A stretch of DNA of 64,000 nt from Phoronis australis (taxonomy: Eukaryota; Animalia; Phoronida), in NCBI GenBank assembly GCA_002633005.1, contig NMRA01000084.1:45072-109071 (forward strand), given 5' to 3'. The notes beneath the pieces are model-generated. The model was not told the DNA's origin. It saw only the letters and a list, made by a program, of their open reading frames with translations, and ran no database searches. The first letter of the stretch is position 1, and every line of letters begins with the position of its first letter. A program made the translations under genes and the position numbers. Below are positions 1-13,089 of this stretch, in pieces.

Positions 1-1403
1 CCCTTGGATGTCAGTGGGCTTATGCATTTAGATTATAGCCTTTACCTTGTCGGGGTAGGCCAGGATACCCTTGCCGCTTACGATGCGGCCCATATACGCG
101 ACGGACTCCACTTTGAATTTCAACTTCGCCTTGTTCATCTTCAGGTTTCTCTCGCGGGCTCGATTAAGCAACTTGGTGAAAGCTTGATCGTGCCAATTTG
201 CAGCTTCTGCGTCTGAACGTTCGGTATCATAGACCAGGACATCATCGGCGATGATCTCAATGTTGGGTACACCTTGAAGTGTTTCAGATAGTTGGCGCGA
301 AAATTCCTCGGGCTCGGACTGAATACCAAATGGCACACGCAGCCAACGGTATTGGCCTGGAGAGGTCCACATTGTAGTGAAGTAGCTCGATTCGAGTTCT
401 AATGCAACATGTAAAACCGTCTTTGGCATCCATCGACGACGCTAAAGATACGTGCACCACTCAAACGGGGCTGGGGGGGGGGGGGGNGGGGTTCAGTAAC
501 TTTGGCAATTATTATATCGAGCTAGTTCGAACTGTAGTGGTACAGGTAAAAGTCTGGTGTGATTCTGATTCGGCGGAACCGAGATGTCAACGTCAATTCG
601 ATAGTTAACGATATAACCTTGGAAACATTTTGTAGCGCGCCTTGCCAATTCAGCAGTGGGCGCATCAATGCAAAGTGCGAATAATATTTGCCGATATAAC
701 GCCGTCTACTTGAAACTTAATAGGGTGCGTCTCATTGTTACCACCTTAACTGGAGTTCAACTAACTTTTTCTTGTCGGTTATCGCGAAAACTTATCTCAG
801 TATCATAATCGCTGTCTGCATCATTATAGTGTAACCTACGTAGTGTTTACGATCACGTGACGTTGCGCAGCATTCACTGAAGTGATTGGATCGTCTCCAC
901 GTTGAACATGTCTTGCCAAATGCAGGCCATTAGAGTCTGTCTCGAGCACGACGAGTTTCGCAGAATTTACATTCCTCATTGATGAGCTGGACTGCTGGGG
1001 GGTGGGGGGGGGGGTTTGGGGGCACACAATGGACTTCTAGAATGTTTATTGCGTTGTCGACGGTTTCACCTGGTAATGTAGTTTACGTCTTAAAACGGTT
1101 CTTTCTCATTACTGATTGGAATGTGGAATCACGAATCTCGCCGGACTGGCTCGAATGGCCTGTCACCACTTCTAAATTTTGATACAGTCCTCGAGAATAT
1201 CACCTTTGTAGGCCATCGGCGCTTGTAGTAGGAGACGCCTTATAGGTGTACTAGTTTTCAGACATTGTCCTGACACCATGCATGCCAACTGATTTAAAAT
1301 AAGACAACACATCGAACGTGGTTTGTCCACAAACTACTTACACTATATTCTATCTAAGATCACTGCTATACATCACAACAAATAGATGGCGCTACATGCT
1401 ACA
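1..1403 (-). mobile_element. Decayed Ty3/Gypsy (K02A2.6-like) LTR retrotransposon, 5' part: putative LTR, PBS, gag zinc knuckle, RT; runs off the window start
   Basis: ORF 28-429 has RT motifs (TTMWTSPGQYRWLRVPFGI, IIADDVL, KLKFKVESVAYMG). The minus strand near 865-930 reads WPAFGKTCSTWRRSNHFSECC (degenerate CPAxGKxCxxCxKxNHF knuckle). PBS-like TGGTGTCAG at 1278-1270 lies next to a short TG...CA segment (1279-1403) that may be the LTR; the LTR boundary is uncertain. Confidence 0.85.
28..429 (-). pseudogene. Gypsy reverse transcriptase fragment
   Basis: Translated ORF with RT core motifs including ADD; flanked by stops and frameshifts. Confidence 0.85.
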
Positions 1404-1759
1404 GGTCCAGCCCCTCTTGAGCAAATTAGCCGTCTCGATTTATCGCAAGCCCGCTGAGTGATGGGGATCCCGCAGTTAAAGATATGCATATGGCGACAAC
1501 GTAACACAAACACCAAAGCTACACGTATCAGTGAACATGATCCCGCGCAACAGACAGTACGTGGTTTCGCCTTAAGAAGAAAGTGACGAGATTGTTTCTT
1601 TTCCAGTACATGCTGCATCGAAAAACTAATATAACCGGATCCCTCACTGTTGATGATGTAACGAAAACAGAATTGACCGTCATTGAATATGTTCGGTCTA
1701 AACAACACACCAAAGAAAAAACAAGAACAATCTTCAAAGGCACAAGACTGTAAAGACAG

Positions 1760-2240
1760 ATGATGTCCTTTGAAGAGTTGGAGAAAGACTACGTCACTTG
1801 GACATACCTCCCGATCAGAAGAACCCGGTTATTTTGCCACGTCAGCTTACTGTAATGAAGCGTATCATATAGAGCTATCATGATCAGACTGGTCACTCTG
1901 GCGTGGAGAGTACTAGGAAGAAACTACAGTAGGAAGATTTTTTGAATTGTAAGCGGTCGTTCGGCAATCAGACGCGAGCGTCAGCGCTGCATGAAGTACA
2001 AGAAAATACACAGATCACAGTTCAGTAGTTCTTCAACAAAAGTGCCGTCTTTTTTCCTACGAACTCCCTTTTACTCGTCTTTGAGTGTATTTGTTTGTAC
2101 CCCTGAAGAAAGGTGGAGTTCAACAGATATGGAACCGTTTTTACGTGTTTGACTACCAGACTTTTCCATAAAGTGGCCCCATTCCTTGGTATTGGTTCTT
2201 TTATAAATGAGTTTGAAAGATTCGTTATTGGAAGACGTGA
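1760..2240 (+). mobile_element. BEL/Pao LTR retrotransposon integrase remnant (pseudogenised; not in the ORF track)
   Basis: Manual translation through stops and frameshifts: DDVL*RVGERLRHLDIPPDQKNPVILP...YHDQTGHSGVEST...F*IVSGRSAIRRERQRC...RYGTVFTCLTTRLFH...SFINEFERFV. This follows the BEL consensus order LRVGGRL, KHPIILP, HxG, FWI, KRYGxLFTCLTTRAVH, SFINALRRF. Confidence 0.85.
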
Positions 2241-4047
2241 GCCGAAATAACAGTACGTGGTCACAACTTGCGATCTTATCGTCAAGTGCACACCACAAGC
2301 TTTCTCAGAACATGTAAGAATAAACGAGGAAGGGACACTTGACAAGATTTTGACATTCGCAGCAGAAACCGTAGAGCGATATTTATATATATGTAATGTA
2401 TCCGACTAAATAGAACCGACCATCCAAAAAGAAGGAAAGGAAACAAAAAATTAGGCATGATAGCAGTGTAACATCAACGCTTTCCTAGCATTCACGTGCG
2501 CACGTACCATATCTATAAATATATGTTCACACACTAGGCTGATGACGTAATTTGGCGTAAATTTTGCGCATCATAATGCTACCCTTGGTAGTCGAGACGC
2601 CCAATAAACCAGAATACAGTGCGTGTGCTATTTCAAGAAGAAATCAGCCGATTTGCGAAATCTGTGAGTAGTACTCACTGAAAATTCCGTATTTTCGATA
2701 CAATCCCGAACATGGTAGTGTTATTTTTAATCTATGGTTGCACCACAGATTACTGTACAACAGTTTGCACACACGACATTGTGTACGGGGTGGTGTTGAT
2801 AAACGACGTGTTGCTATGAATTGGGACAACCCATTTTAGAGAAGACACGTGCCTGGAATACAGGTAACTATATATCACCGAGGTAAGTTTTGAATTGCTA
2901 ATGCAGGACAGTATTCGAATACTTTAAAATTCCGGAACCGGTGCTGAGAGCCAGCACAAGCGAGAACAATATGGTAGTTATGAACATTGTTCAACCATGT
3001 CTACACACATCGACTATGCATGCACCGCTGCGTTTACAGCAGTCGGAAGAGCGTAATAAACGGTGGTTCAAGGTGAATTATAATTCTGAATAGAATCAAA
3101 ATTGCAACAAAATTGGAATGCTCTACTTTAATCGACAAGTCGTATATAATTAATCGACGATTTTGTAGAACAATTTAAGTTTAAGAAACAGTTGCAACTT
3201 TCAGGATTTTTGATCATATTACCGTTTAAGCGGAAAATGAAAAGCTTTTCAGAAAAACCTCCATGGCTTTGAGGATTATATCGACTTATACGTACTGAAT
3301 CCTGAGTACACTCAAGTACAAAAATAAACAACTGCTGTAAATAACCAACATGTTATAATTAAATTTCACTTTTAACAAATAAACCCTAAACCTCCAATTG
3401 CGCAGCTCTGGTGTGTCGGGACTGAGATGTTGATTCTGTTTCAATAAATATCACCAAAAAGAATCATTTCTCGGAGTACACAGTGTAAGAAGCACCAAAG
3501 AGTGGTAGCCGAACTCTTTGCCACATGCTGCGAAACACTTATCACGGAATGAGAAGTCTTACCACGGAACAGCAACCTTGCCACGCAAGAAAACCATTTC
3601 CATTCTTCACAAAACAAATACTACACTCCGCCGGAACTTTCAGTTCAGCTTTCATTGTGGTAGGGTTTTGCGTACACGATACCAATAAGCATTTTTTAAA
3701 CCGAGGGTGATGAGGATTCCACTGCCGCGGTAAGGTCTCGACTTCGGAGGTAAGTGATCAGATTTTCTCAATTGAAATTTCAATTTTGATCCCTGGAATA
3801 ATCAGTTCATTTCGTGTATTGTCTACAGCAGTGAGCCCCATGAGCTGATGTAACAACCAGGTCATTCCCGTCTGTTCAAAACCTTGGAAAGTTTTAGAGG
3901 CTTTGCAAAAGTAAAACGTTCAACCAAAACAGCGCGAGACAATATTTAATACGTTTAACCTTACTATTCTCTAAAGTATCCCTTAATCCATACCAGAGTT
4001 TTCCTTAAATTAAAGCGGTACCAAATCCGCATTTGCTCGCCAAACAG

Positions 4048-4204
4048 CTGGGTTGAGTTCAGTAACGCTAAAACCTACGCTAGGATCTCGCTAAAATCTA
4101 GCCAAAATCGGGGGTTCTCATTTAAAATACACTGCAATATCTCACGTACTCTCACGAAGTCTTGCTTTGTAGCGAGGTCCTAGCGTTACTGAACTATATC
4201 CCTG
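4048..4204. mobile_element. Short MITE-like element with terminal inverted repeats
   Basis: AGTTCAGTAACGCTA near 4057 and its reverse complement TAGCGTTACTGAACT near 4181. Confidence 0.5.
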
Positions 4205-4449
4205 GTCTCAAATTCTTCTATATTCATGCGAAGAGTGATTTCCGGATTACGGAAGAACTGACAGTGCTTGAGGCTATCCTCGTCGCACGTGCCGTCGAAT
4301 ATGCCGTGACAAACGGACTTATGGCTCAGGTAAGTAGCCAATTGTCAGTTCTTCTCAAGTCCCGGATTCATCTGTAATCCGAGGGTAAACGTTACTAACG
4401 GTCCAAATCAAAAGATTTTTTCAAGAGGACAGGATTTCAACTTCTTTAA

Positions 4450-5099
4450 GGTTATACGGGACCTAATCGACAAAAAGTTATTTTTTACCAGTTTATTTAC
4501 CTAAAAATCTATAAACTATAACTTTTAATCAGTAAAAGTGCTTATTTTCTAAAAGTAAAAAGCCTTTAGGATTTCATTCCTAACCAATCTGTCATTAATT
4601 GGGTTGATTGAGCGGTATCAATAACATGACCAAATTGCGTTTGACATGAATGTTCCAGTTGAAATCTAAAACACGGTGTTCCAATTTTCTAAATTATCAT
4701 TTCATTTTCATTTCATGTACCCTAGTTCTTTCACGAGCTTCATCAGGGCCCTATTTTAATATGCCTTCATGCAAATGTGGAACATTTTAAGAGCATTCCC
4801 TAAAAATAGTGCATCGATCATGGTACCTGGAAGTTCCATATGAATCAAATCAGCTATTTCTGAGGTATGATGTTCCCAAGTAAGCCGAAAATGGACATTT
4901 GTCCAGGGTCCTTCATACATTTAAACATTTTTCTTATATTCCATTACATTTTATAGATTGTACTGGGTTGGAAAAATCGAAAAAAGCGAGTTTGAAAATA
5001 AACGTCTTACAGAATTCAATAACTTTTTATTATATTGCTACTGTCAGAGAATATTTTAAGGAGATGGCTTTTTTGTTCAAACACTGACTCGCAAATTCC
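4450..5099. mobile_element. Non-autonomous DNA element with GG...CC ends flanked by TTAA (Kolobok-like)
   Basis: TTAA|GGTTAT at 4446-4455 and CC|TTAA at 5098-5103. Shares internal motifs (AAATTATCATTT, CTGAGrTAyGATGTTCC) with 42429-42922. Confidence 0.4.
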
Positions 5100-5118
5100 T
5101 TAATAAAACCAGAAAGCA

Positions 5119-6483
5119 CTATTCAATACCATATTTAGCTAAATCCGGGTACTTTTTATCAATCATGTAACTCCAGAACTTGAGCCACGTGCTGTCGCCT
5201 CCTGCAGGGACAACTATTATCTTAACGACAGGAGATTCTAACACAGCCATTTCAAACTTTTGAAAACTCAGGGTAAATAATTTGCCGAAGTTAAAGTATT
5301 GGATTTCAGCAGGAACAATTCTGGGTAACAATCCCGTCAAATATGCGTCGTCCACCCAGAAAAATGGGTGTCGATAACTTGCATTGTACAATTCAAGAGC
5401 GACGTCCGACGTCATGATGAAAGCTGCACCTGAGCAGTAACGAGGGTACATGTCGCGTCCGACAAGTTCCTTATCGTCAACGCACCATTTTAAGCACGTT
5501 TCGGGGTTTCGCAAAATGGGCATTGTGTTCTCGAGGTACCTACTGCACGCAATAAAGTGTTTGTCATCCTTACGATCGACATAAAGATAGCGCAAGGCTG
5601 CAAATATGTTAATTAGCATATCATCATCGCTCTTGAACACGTATCGGGCCTGAGAACAGTATGTCGCAATCCATTGGAGACCCATTATTGCCTTAAGAGT
5701 TAAGTTCCGATAACTATCAATGAAATTGCCCTTGATAATATCACGGAACAATGCTTGTTCATACCTTAACGCGTTGTGTAAACGTTCGTCGTTTTCTTGT
5801 AAAACGCCGATGAGAAATATGGTTCGTATTTTAACCTTTTTGAAGCGTCGCACACTACCCCAGCTTTCTCGAATATGGTTTCTTCGTATGTGATGATCAG
5901 GCGATGAGTGAACGTATATAATTACATCTACAGGCTCTTGACCACACAAAACTTCGTTGTTCATTAAAAAAGAAATCTTAGGAAGATAATCCGGTTTCTG
6001 AAAATAAATTGCTTCCGTCCATTGCCGTTTTGAAGTATTCATTTCTTTAGGCGGGTTCAGGGGATCGAACAACTTCGGCATTTTAACATTTTTGTACCCG
6101 TCCCATTTGTCAAACAGTTGGCGAATTTTTACGTTTGCGTCTTGAACATCGTTTTTCGGTGCTGGCGTCAGTTCATCCGGTGTTGTAACGGTATGCGCAC
6201 AATCACTTGATTGGCAACTATATGTGGCTGTCACGATAGATTCGTTCTTTTCGACAGATGTGTTCACACTTTCGCGAGGCCGTTGGAGTGACTGTTTTCC
6301 ATGGGAAACAACTCTAAAAATAACTTGAGAGTGGTCGAAGCTGTATTTAAGTTGTTCTGATGTGGTCTCTTGTGCTTTTAAACCATCGCGGTATAGGCAT
6401 GTTGCTAGGAAAACACACAGGGCGATTAGAGCAATTACCAACGCCTTCACAGCTACGCGAAACGAGTGTCTGCGAAGCTTCAT
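5119..6483 (-). CDS. Beta-1,3-galactosyltransferase family protein (GT31/Galactosyl_T), type II membrane protein, single coding exon, 454 aa
   Basis: Short basic N-terminus plus hydrophobic anchor (VAVKALVIALIALCVFLATCLY), stem region, then GT31 motifs: RRNHIRESWG, EQALFRDII, FIDSYRNLTLKAIMGLQW, FKSDDD (DxD), YPRYCSGAAFIM, WVDDAYLTG. Confidence 0.95.
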   Translation of the reverse strand: MKLRRHSFRVAVKALVIALIALCVFLATCLYRDGLKAQETTSEQLKYSFDHSQVIFRVVSHGKQSLQRPRESVNTSVEKNESIVTATYSCQSSDCAHTVTTPDELTPAPKNDVQDANVKIRQLFDKWDGYKNVKMPKLFDPLNPPKEMNTSKRQWTEAIYFQKPDYLPKISFLMNNEVLCGQEPVDVIIYVHSSPDHHIRRNHIRESWGSVRRFKKVKIRTIFLIGVLQENDERLHNALRYEQALFRDIIKGNFIDSYRNLTLKAIMGLQWIATYCSQARYVFKSDDDMLINIFAALRYLYVDRKDDKHFIACSRYLENTMPILRNPETCLKWCVDDKELVGRDMYPRYCSGAAFIMTSDVALELYNASYRHPFFWVDDAYLTGLLPRIVPAEIQYFNFGKLFTLSFQKFEMAVLESPVVKIIVVPAGGDSTWLKFWSYMIDKKYPDLAKYGIE

Positions 6484-7114
6484 ATTTCTGTTTCAAACGT
6501 CTAATCGTCAAGTACGTTGAAGGCTTTCAACAACAGTATTTGTTTACTTTTCCACTACTCATTTTCAAATTTCCAATCAGAATCTGCCAGTCTAGGTATC
6601 AAACAATACACCCGGACCTGAAACAGTTGGAGCACTTTTCATTTATTGGAGAAAGCATGGGACGTGGCTGAAATATGCATAACGTGTTTGGCATAGAATC
6701 ATGAGGCAAAGGTTTTGTCCACTTCAGTTCTCCCATGCCTTATTCGATTCAATTGTTCGTGGTAAGAAAAGAATGATGCGATAAACCATTGCTTAAGAAT
6801 GTGCTTCTTTTATACGAATGGTGTTGCAAGTATCAACCAATCAAAAAGTGGACGAGCGCTTTAGTACGCCTAAAATAAAAAAACCGCCGATACGGCGTGC
6901 AGTGGAGTCATTGGTGAATGGCCATGTTGGAGGAGAGGAATGAAATCTTTAAACCCATAAGCCCGTGAGGTTTTTGACAACTGAAACATTGATCCAGGTC
7001 CTCAAAATTCCGTCAGGAAAGACTAACGCGTGATTTGCATGGAAAATCATTGCTCAAGTTTAACTAATAAGAAGGTCTACATCATAACGACTGTTAAAGA
7101 GAATGACGTTTAGC

Positions 7115-7649
7115 CACAGAACTCCTAGCCCTGGAATGCCAACTCCCGCACGTGACCCATGTGTTCTTGCAATCTCGAGACTAGCCGCGAGAGTTTGCAC
7201 TGAAAATTTCCCGCTGCTAGCTAGACTGAGTTTTGATCGAGAATTGTAGTTATCAAATCAAACCTCTCATTGCTTCATTTTCATTTTTGACTATTGTTCA
7301 TCAAGCGAGACTCTTGAGGTACGGTGCCATACAATCAGCGATTTCTCGTCAAAAAACTCGACATTATTACAGTGGTCATTCTTTACAAAATATAAAGATG
7401 TATAATTTTGAATGAATGCTTGACTAAATTATTAACAGCAAGTGCGAGAAATCCACATTCTAAAACCTTTGTTTTTACAGGGTAGAAATCTTTTGAATCA
7501 TTGAAATTATTTACCTAATGGCTAAACTAATCATTTATAAAATTTTTCTGGTTCATTTCTTTTTGATGTTACTATTACACGCTGTTGTTTTCGGCGCAAC
7601 CTCAGCGACCGCGAGATCGGAGTTGGCATTCCAGAGCTAGAGTTCTATG
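7115..7649. mobile_element. MITE-like element with ~30-bp imperfect TIRs
   Basis: CACAGAACTCCTAGCCCTGGAATGCCAACTCC (7115) versus GGAGTTGGCATTCCAGAGCTAGAGTTCTATG (ends 7649). Confidence 0.55.
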
Positions 7650-8346
7650 CTTTAGCATGTCCCTTCACAAAGTCGTCTGAACGGCTAGACACTCATTTCG
7701 CTTGCCTGGTGGTCTCCATTTACTTGGTGAAAGTACACAAGTGAACATTATCTTATTTAGATCTGCCTCGATTAGATTATCTCCACGTGCAGCATTTTCA
7801 GACGAAAAAGCATGTCATTGTCTTGTTACACCAGGCATCAAAAGCATTGACAAGCGGCCATTTATGTTTTTGAGAAACGGGGAGGGGGGGGGGTTCCTTT
7901 CCTCTGCTTCTCTTTCTCGCAAAGTGTCTGTTTGTGGAACCATTTCAGAGCGATCGCAAAACGTCGATTTCCANTCAGCGGCCGCGAGATCGGAGTTGGC
8001 ATTCCTGAGCTAGAGTTCTATGCTTTAGCATGTCCCTTCACAAAGTCGTCTGAACGGCTAGACACTCATTTCGCTTGCCTGGTGGTCTCCATTTACTTGG
8101 TGAAAGTACACAAGCGAACATTATCTTATTTAGATCTGCCTCGATTAGATTATCTCCACGTGCAGCATTTTCAGACGAAAAAGCATGTCACTGTCTTGTT
8201 ACACCAGGCATCAAAAGCATTGACAAGCGGCCATTTATGTTTTTGAGAAACGGGGAGGGGGGGGGGTTCCTTTCCTCTGCTTCTCTTTCTCGCAAAGTGT
8301 CTGTTTGTGGAACCATTTCAGAGCGATCGCAAAACGTCGATTTCCA
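7602..8346. repeat. ~372-bp direct duplication joined by a single N (probable assembly overlap)
   Basis: 7602-7973 and 7975-8346 are near-identical with a few substitutions; N at 7974. Confidence 0.85.
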
Positions 8347-10921
8347 CGACATGCTTTTTTGGCAGTTCTAGATGAGCCCACTCGTGCATAAGGCGGCCTT
8401 GTCACCAGGCGACTCTGGTAAAACCTCTCTTTCATTCCTCCAATAAAAAAGTTCATAACCAGAATGAAGGCATTCATCTCTACCCTTGATGACTGACAAT
8501 CGATGCAGATTAACAAATGCAAGAAGTGTCCACAGTCGTCACTGATTTCGTTCGTCTGGTCATTTCACCGACACGTTAGCAGACCCAGTGATTCTCCAGA
8601 GCAAGCCTGGTTATCTCACTTCCGCATATTAACAAGTTAACATTTGCAAGTTGTGTCTACTCCAAAACATAGCGTCCGTTATTCCCAGAGTTCATGTCCA
8701 CAGCAGAGGTAAGGTTCCAGTGAATCATTTGTCCTTGGGGGAGGTCTTTCAAAAGACAAATGGCAGCGGCCAGAAACGTAACATTCCTAAATCCTTGATT
8801 TGACGCAAATTAAAATTTCTAGCTACTTCCCACAGGCCCATTCGCTTGACTCGAAATCTTACGTAACCCTCTACGCTATGCAGAACGCTCATCTCTACCA
8901 CCCTACCACCCTAGACACCACAACCTGCGGTAAAAACACTAACACGTCCACAAATCTGGGCGACTTTTTTAGCTTTGATTTTAGCCCGGCATGGTGTTTT
9001 TTCATAAATGTTCGACACCTTTGTGACTAGTTTATGTTAAATTTTGTGTTTCGGCTACAAGAGCATCACATAGCGTTGACATGCGCCCACCATATGCATC
9101 GCAAAAGGCAAAGATATAAGGAGTGGCCATTTTTCAAACATTTTCTCACTGAAGTGAAGTAAAAACATACAGTGCTAGTCCCCATAAAACTGACAAATGC
9201 CCCCCTGGTAGGTACATGTACATGTATTGAGATTGCCGCAAAGTAAACTGAAATTACCACTAGGGGGTGCACCGCAGCAGCCCTATCAACCCCATAACCA
9301 ACACCAGCACTGTTTATTTGCCACGACTCTTTTAGGGGTTTGAAAAACATAGAGACGGATATCAAAACTCAGTACTGAACTAACACTATCGCCACGGAGG
9401 GGTACAGCAGGTGCTGTAATAGGCAAAGCTCCTCTATACTTGGTAAAATATCGACCAAATTTCACGAAAATTCTTCAAAGTAGTATGTGTAGATATTGAA
9501 GCAACAGCAAAAGTAAAAATTGTTACTAAGAGGCATAGCAGAAGCCCAAACTCTCCAAAAATCAGCTCCAGAAATGTTCTGGTCAGTAGAAACATTTGTA
9601 AAATTTCGCAATGATTCCATCTGGCATGAAGAACCCAAAACTGCAACTATGGGGGCAAAACTTGCCATAGCCATGCAAAACTTGGCAAGTGCTGTCTTGT
9701 TCTTTATGGAAACACGTGTCAATTTCATAACATTTCACCACGGGACTTTATGTTGCAGAGGCAGACGAGAAAATTAAACTTGGCACATTGGTGCACACCA
9801 CTCTCGTCAGATCCGTCTATGAGGTATATGTATACCGTGTTGTTGTTACAGAGACCTCTGTTTTACGCCCACTTTTTGTAAATCGGTAATTCCTTAGGAA
9901 GTCGGCCACTCAAGCTAACTGAAACCGAGACGGTGACCTCGCCATCTGTCAGGCGTTGTGAAATGGCCGACGTGGGAAGTGTCTAGTGTCGATCAAAGCC
10001 GGTGACAAAAAATTAGGGGCTAATCTCCTGAAAACATCAGAGAAAATGAAGCGGACCTCCGAAGAGCATGGAATGCGTAACCGCTCTATAATAAACATCT
10101 GACATGAGGCGAGTGTCGGACTGCCGAGCTGATTTCGTAAATCCGCTTTGATGTTTCTAGAAATGGCATATTTGGTAGACAAGCGGGTTGCATTCCTTTC
10201 AGTATTGGGGATACGACAGTGGACTCCAGACGCCTGAAGGGAAATGACAGCAATATGCACCCTCATATGTATATATGGGCGCACAGAACTAAGCTCATGC
10301 ACTAAGAAAAAAAATGAACCTGGGAACAAAACCAAGATGTTTACTACCAGACCTAAAGCGACGACCGTTTTCAGTTCTTCAATGTTACTTCTATACCGGC
10401 GATCATTTGATTGGACTTTGGAGATATACCCAGCGAATAAATCGTATCATCAAATGAGCGATTTTGACACAAAGTTGCTCCACTAAAACAGATGGAACAC
10501 GCGTAACCAATCAAACACACAGCGCCTTAGTTTAGCAACAACGGAACGAACTAAGAATAAACCTGCACCACATAGCGAAGGATCACCATGGCCGATTTAA
10601 GATGCGCAGTATGATCCCACGGCAAACAATAAAAATATTACATAAAAATGATATAAGAAATCAACTCTGAAAACTGGTTTTCACCCTGACCCATTTCTAC
10701 AAGATCATAAATATCTGAAAGAATCACGCTAAAACTCACACGCTTCGGAATTAATCGAAGTTGTAAAGGCGATACGTTGGTTGCTCCTAAAATAGAGGAC
10801 ACAATCGGTGAACAATAATATTACTGACGTGCACGGTTTTGGTTGAAACTTTCAATTCTACGTGACCTGTTCGCAAAATTATAGTAATTCTAAAATTTTG
10901 TAGTGAATCTAAACTTCTATG

Positions 10922-11063
10922 CATGGGCGGCGCACCATAGGGGGCTAAAAGGGCTATAGCTCCACTTACTTCAGTGCTGTACCGCCCATGGAAATGGACG
11001 GCGCACTCGATAGGGCGCTGAGGGCTATAACCCCGCCCCTCATTCAGTGCTGCGTCGCCCATG
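10922..11063. mobile_element. Short MITE
   Basis: TIR CATGGGCGGCGCA / TGCGTCGCCCATG; an internal partial repeat of the right end lies near 10972-10990. Confidence 0.55.
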
Positions 11064-11472
11064 TTATGTAGTATTATCCGCGCGGGTTCATTTCTTTCAC
11101 ACACCAACCCCTGCTGCATGGAACTAAAATTCTCAGTGATACCAGGATCTCTCACGCAGACCGTAAACTGCACCAACGATTAAACAACGTCTAACATACT
11201 GCTGGCAAGTAGCACCCACAGAATTCGGTCTTTTGATGAAGTAAAATCCCAACGTTAAGTGTGGGGATGTAATAACCATGCTGTGATCGGTGAAATAAGA
11301 ACCGGGAAAATCTCTATTAGATACCCGTATTCGGAATATGGTTATGATTACGTTTGTGCATAGACAAGCAGTAGATGGATCCCCGACTCGCTTTCATAAC
11401 ATAACATGTCTAGGCAGGTACGCACGTGTGGAAGTTATTGAGTTAAACCGGCAATCTTGGCGACGTACTGCA

Positions 11473-11613
11473 TAGACAGTGGCCACCGTCTCTAGCTGGC
11501 CGCAGTCGAGACGGTGAAGCGCCTACAGGAGGTCATACGCCGGAAGCTTTTTCGCGAATTATGCCTCACACTGATGAAGACATCAAAGTTGCTTTGCTAT
11601 AAGCACCTTTTGC
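11473..11613 (+). mobile_element. Left part of a TAGACAGTGACCACCG-family TIR element (Academ-like), interrupted
   Basis: Begins TAGACAGTGGCCACCGTCTCTAGCTGG; colinear with the first part of the 40695-41245 copy up to GCACCTTTTGC. Confidence 0.6.
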
Positions 11614-12258
11614 CGTTTACTACGTAAGCCAACACTGCGTGTATTATCTTACTCATGTGGAGTATATTAGTCTGCGCAAAAGTAGATCACTTCTGTCATT
11701 TTGCGCGGTAGACGGCGCTTTTGTAAACATGGTGTCGCGATTTCTGGTTTCGGCAGTAGGCCTATCCCGTTTCTGAATCAGTTTAAGTGTTACAGAACAA
11801 TTGTTGTAAATGCCGACTCAGATCAATCCCCGAACCGGGAATCTAACCTGGACCATCCATGTACGCCAGTACATGTATGGTTGTGCATGCATAAAAAGTG
11901 AGTTAAAAGAAGGAAATGGGTGATTTTCGACACCTCACTGTTACTGTGGCCCCTTGGACTTCGACATCAGAGTTCAGTCTTATCACACCTAACTACTTTG
12001 GCAACAAGTCGGATATGGTCCCTGGTTTTGAGAATGACGCTATCAATATGTTGTAATAACTCCAGTGCAGGTTCCCTAGTTATACCTCACGGAGTCAGAC
12101 TGTTAGTGTTAGCCAGATGGAACACACTAGTGTCAGTGACACGAGTTGTTGGTCACTTTATAATTGGGAAAAATGGGAAACGAACAACTGGACAAGGACA
12201 TGGTCAAATAAAATTGATGACTGTAACAACTGAATAACTTGCCTATTATTCAGTGGAA

Positions 12259-12492
12259 TAGACAGTCACCACCGTCTCTACTGACACCGCTAGTAGAGAC
12301 AGTGGAGCTCCTATTGGCGCTTCGGACTGACTAAAACATCAAAGCCACATTGTTATAAATACCTTATGCGTATAGAGGGACACCTTAGGGGGCCCTCGAT
12401 GTATTTAATACCTTCCACCTCGAACAAATACTCCCGTTATCAAAATTTTTCTTCGATCAGTCCTTCGTTCAGTTGCCCAAATCGTTAACTGC
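12259..12492 (+). mobile_element. Left arm of another copy of the TAGACAGTGACCACCG family
   Basis: TAGACAGTCACCACCGTCTCTACTG...AGAGGGACACCTTAGG...AGTCCTTCGTTCAGTTGCCCAAAT, shared with 16335-16460 and 40830-40945. Confidence 0.65.
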
Positions 12493-13089
12493 AGTACTAT
12501 AAATGATCAGTGATTAAAATTTTACAGCCGTAAGTCAACTGACTTGAACGCAGATAATTCTAGGTGGCACATCTGTCACGCTAGTAAAAATTGAAAGCTT
12601 TTGTTATTTACATTTTATTTCAGATGGTGAGCTGTAATACTCCACTGAAAAAGGCAAGTTCAAAGACGATGCATATTATGTGGAAAACTAATATACTCTG
12701 ACTCTAACGCAAACAGTGTTAAAAAATGATGCATTAAAGCAGAGGTACTTGGATTTTTTTCACTCGATGACATTCAATTCAGCAATGAAATGATTTGATG
12801 GACACCAGGACTGTGTTTATCTGCAGCTCATGCATTTTGTTTTGTTCAAAACTCATGCAGCTGCAGACATCAGCAAGAATGGAGGTCTCATTGCTCGGTC
12901 TGAAGATCGACAGAAACGTGTACTTATTGATTCGCCATCTGTTTCTAAGAAGTAAGCAACAGGAGCAGAGAGATTGTTAAGTTTTGCATCCGAATTACTG
13001 GACCATGGGTATTCAGTATCCGAGGGTTATCAACAATCCAATCCTTTCCTCTCGAACATGACTAAAGATTCAATTGAGCAAATTGATCG

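Noticed and set aside
7702-8371. Twin ~100-aa ORFs suggesting a tandem gene pair
   Set aside because: They come from the N-joined duplication. The opposite strand has only a faint WRPPGKR trace of a LINE, too weak to call.
11825-11860. tRNA 3'-half-like sequence on the minus strand
   Set aside because: Short, with a mutated B-box (GGTTAGATTCC); at most a SINE scrap.
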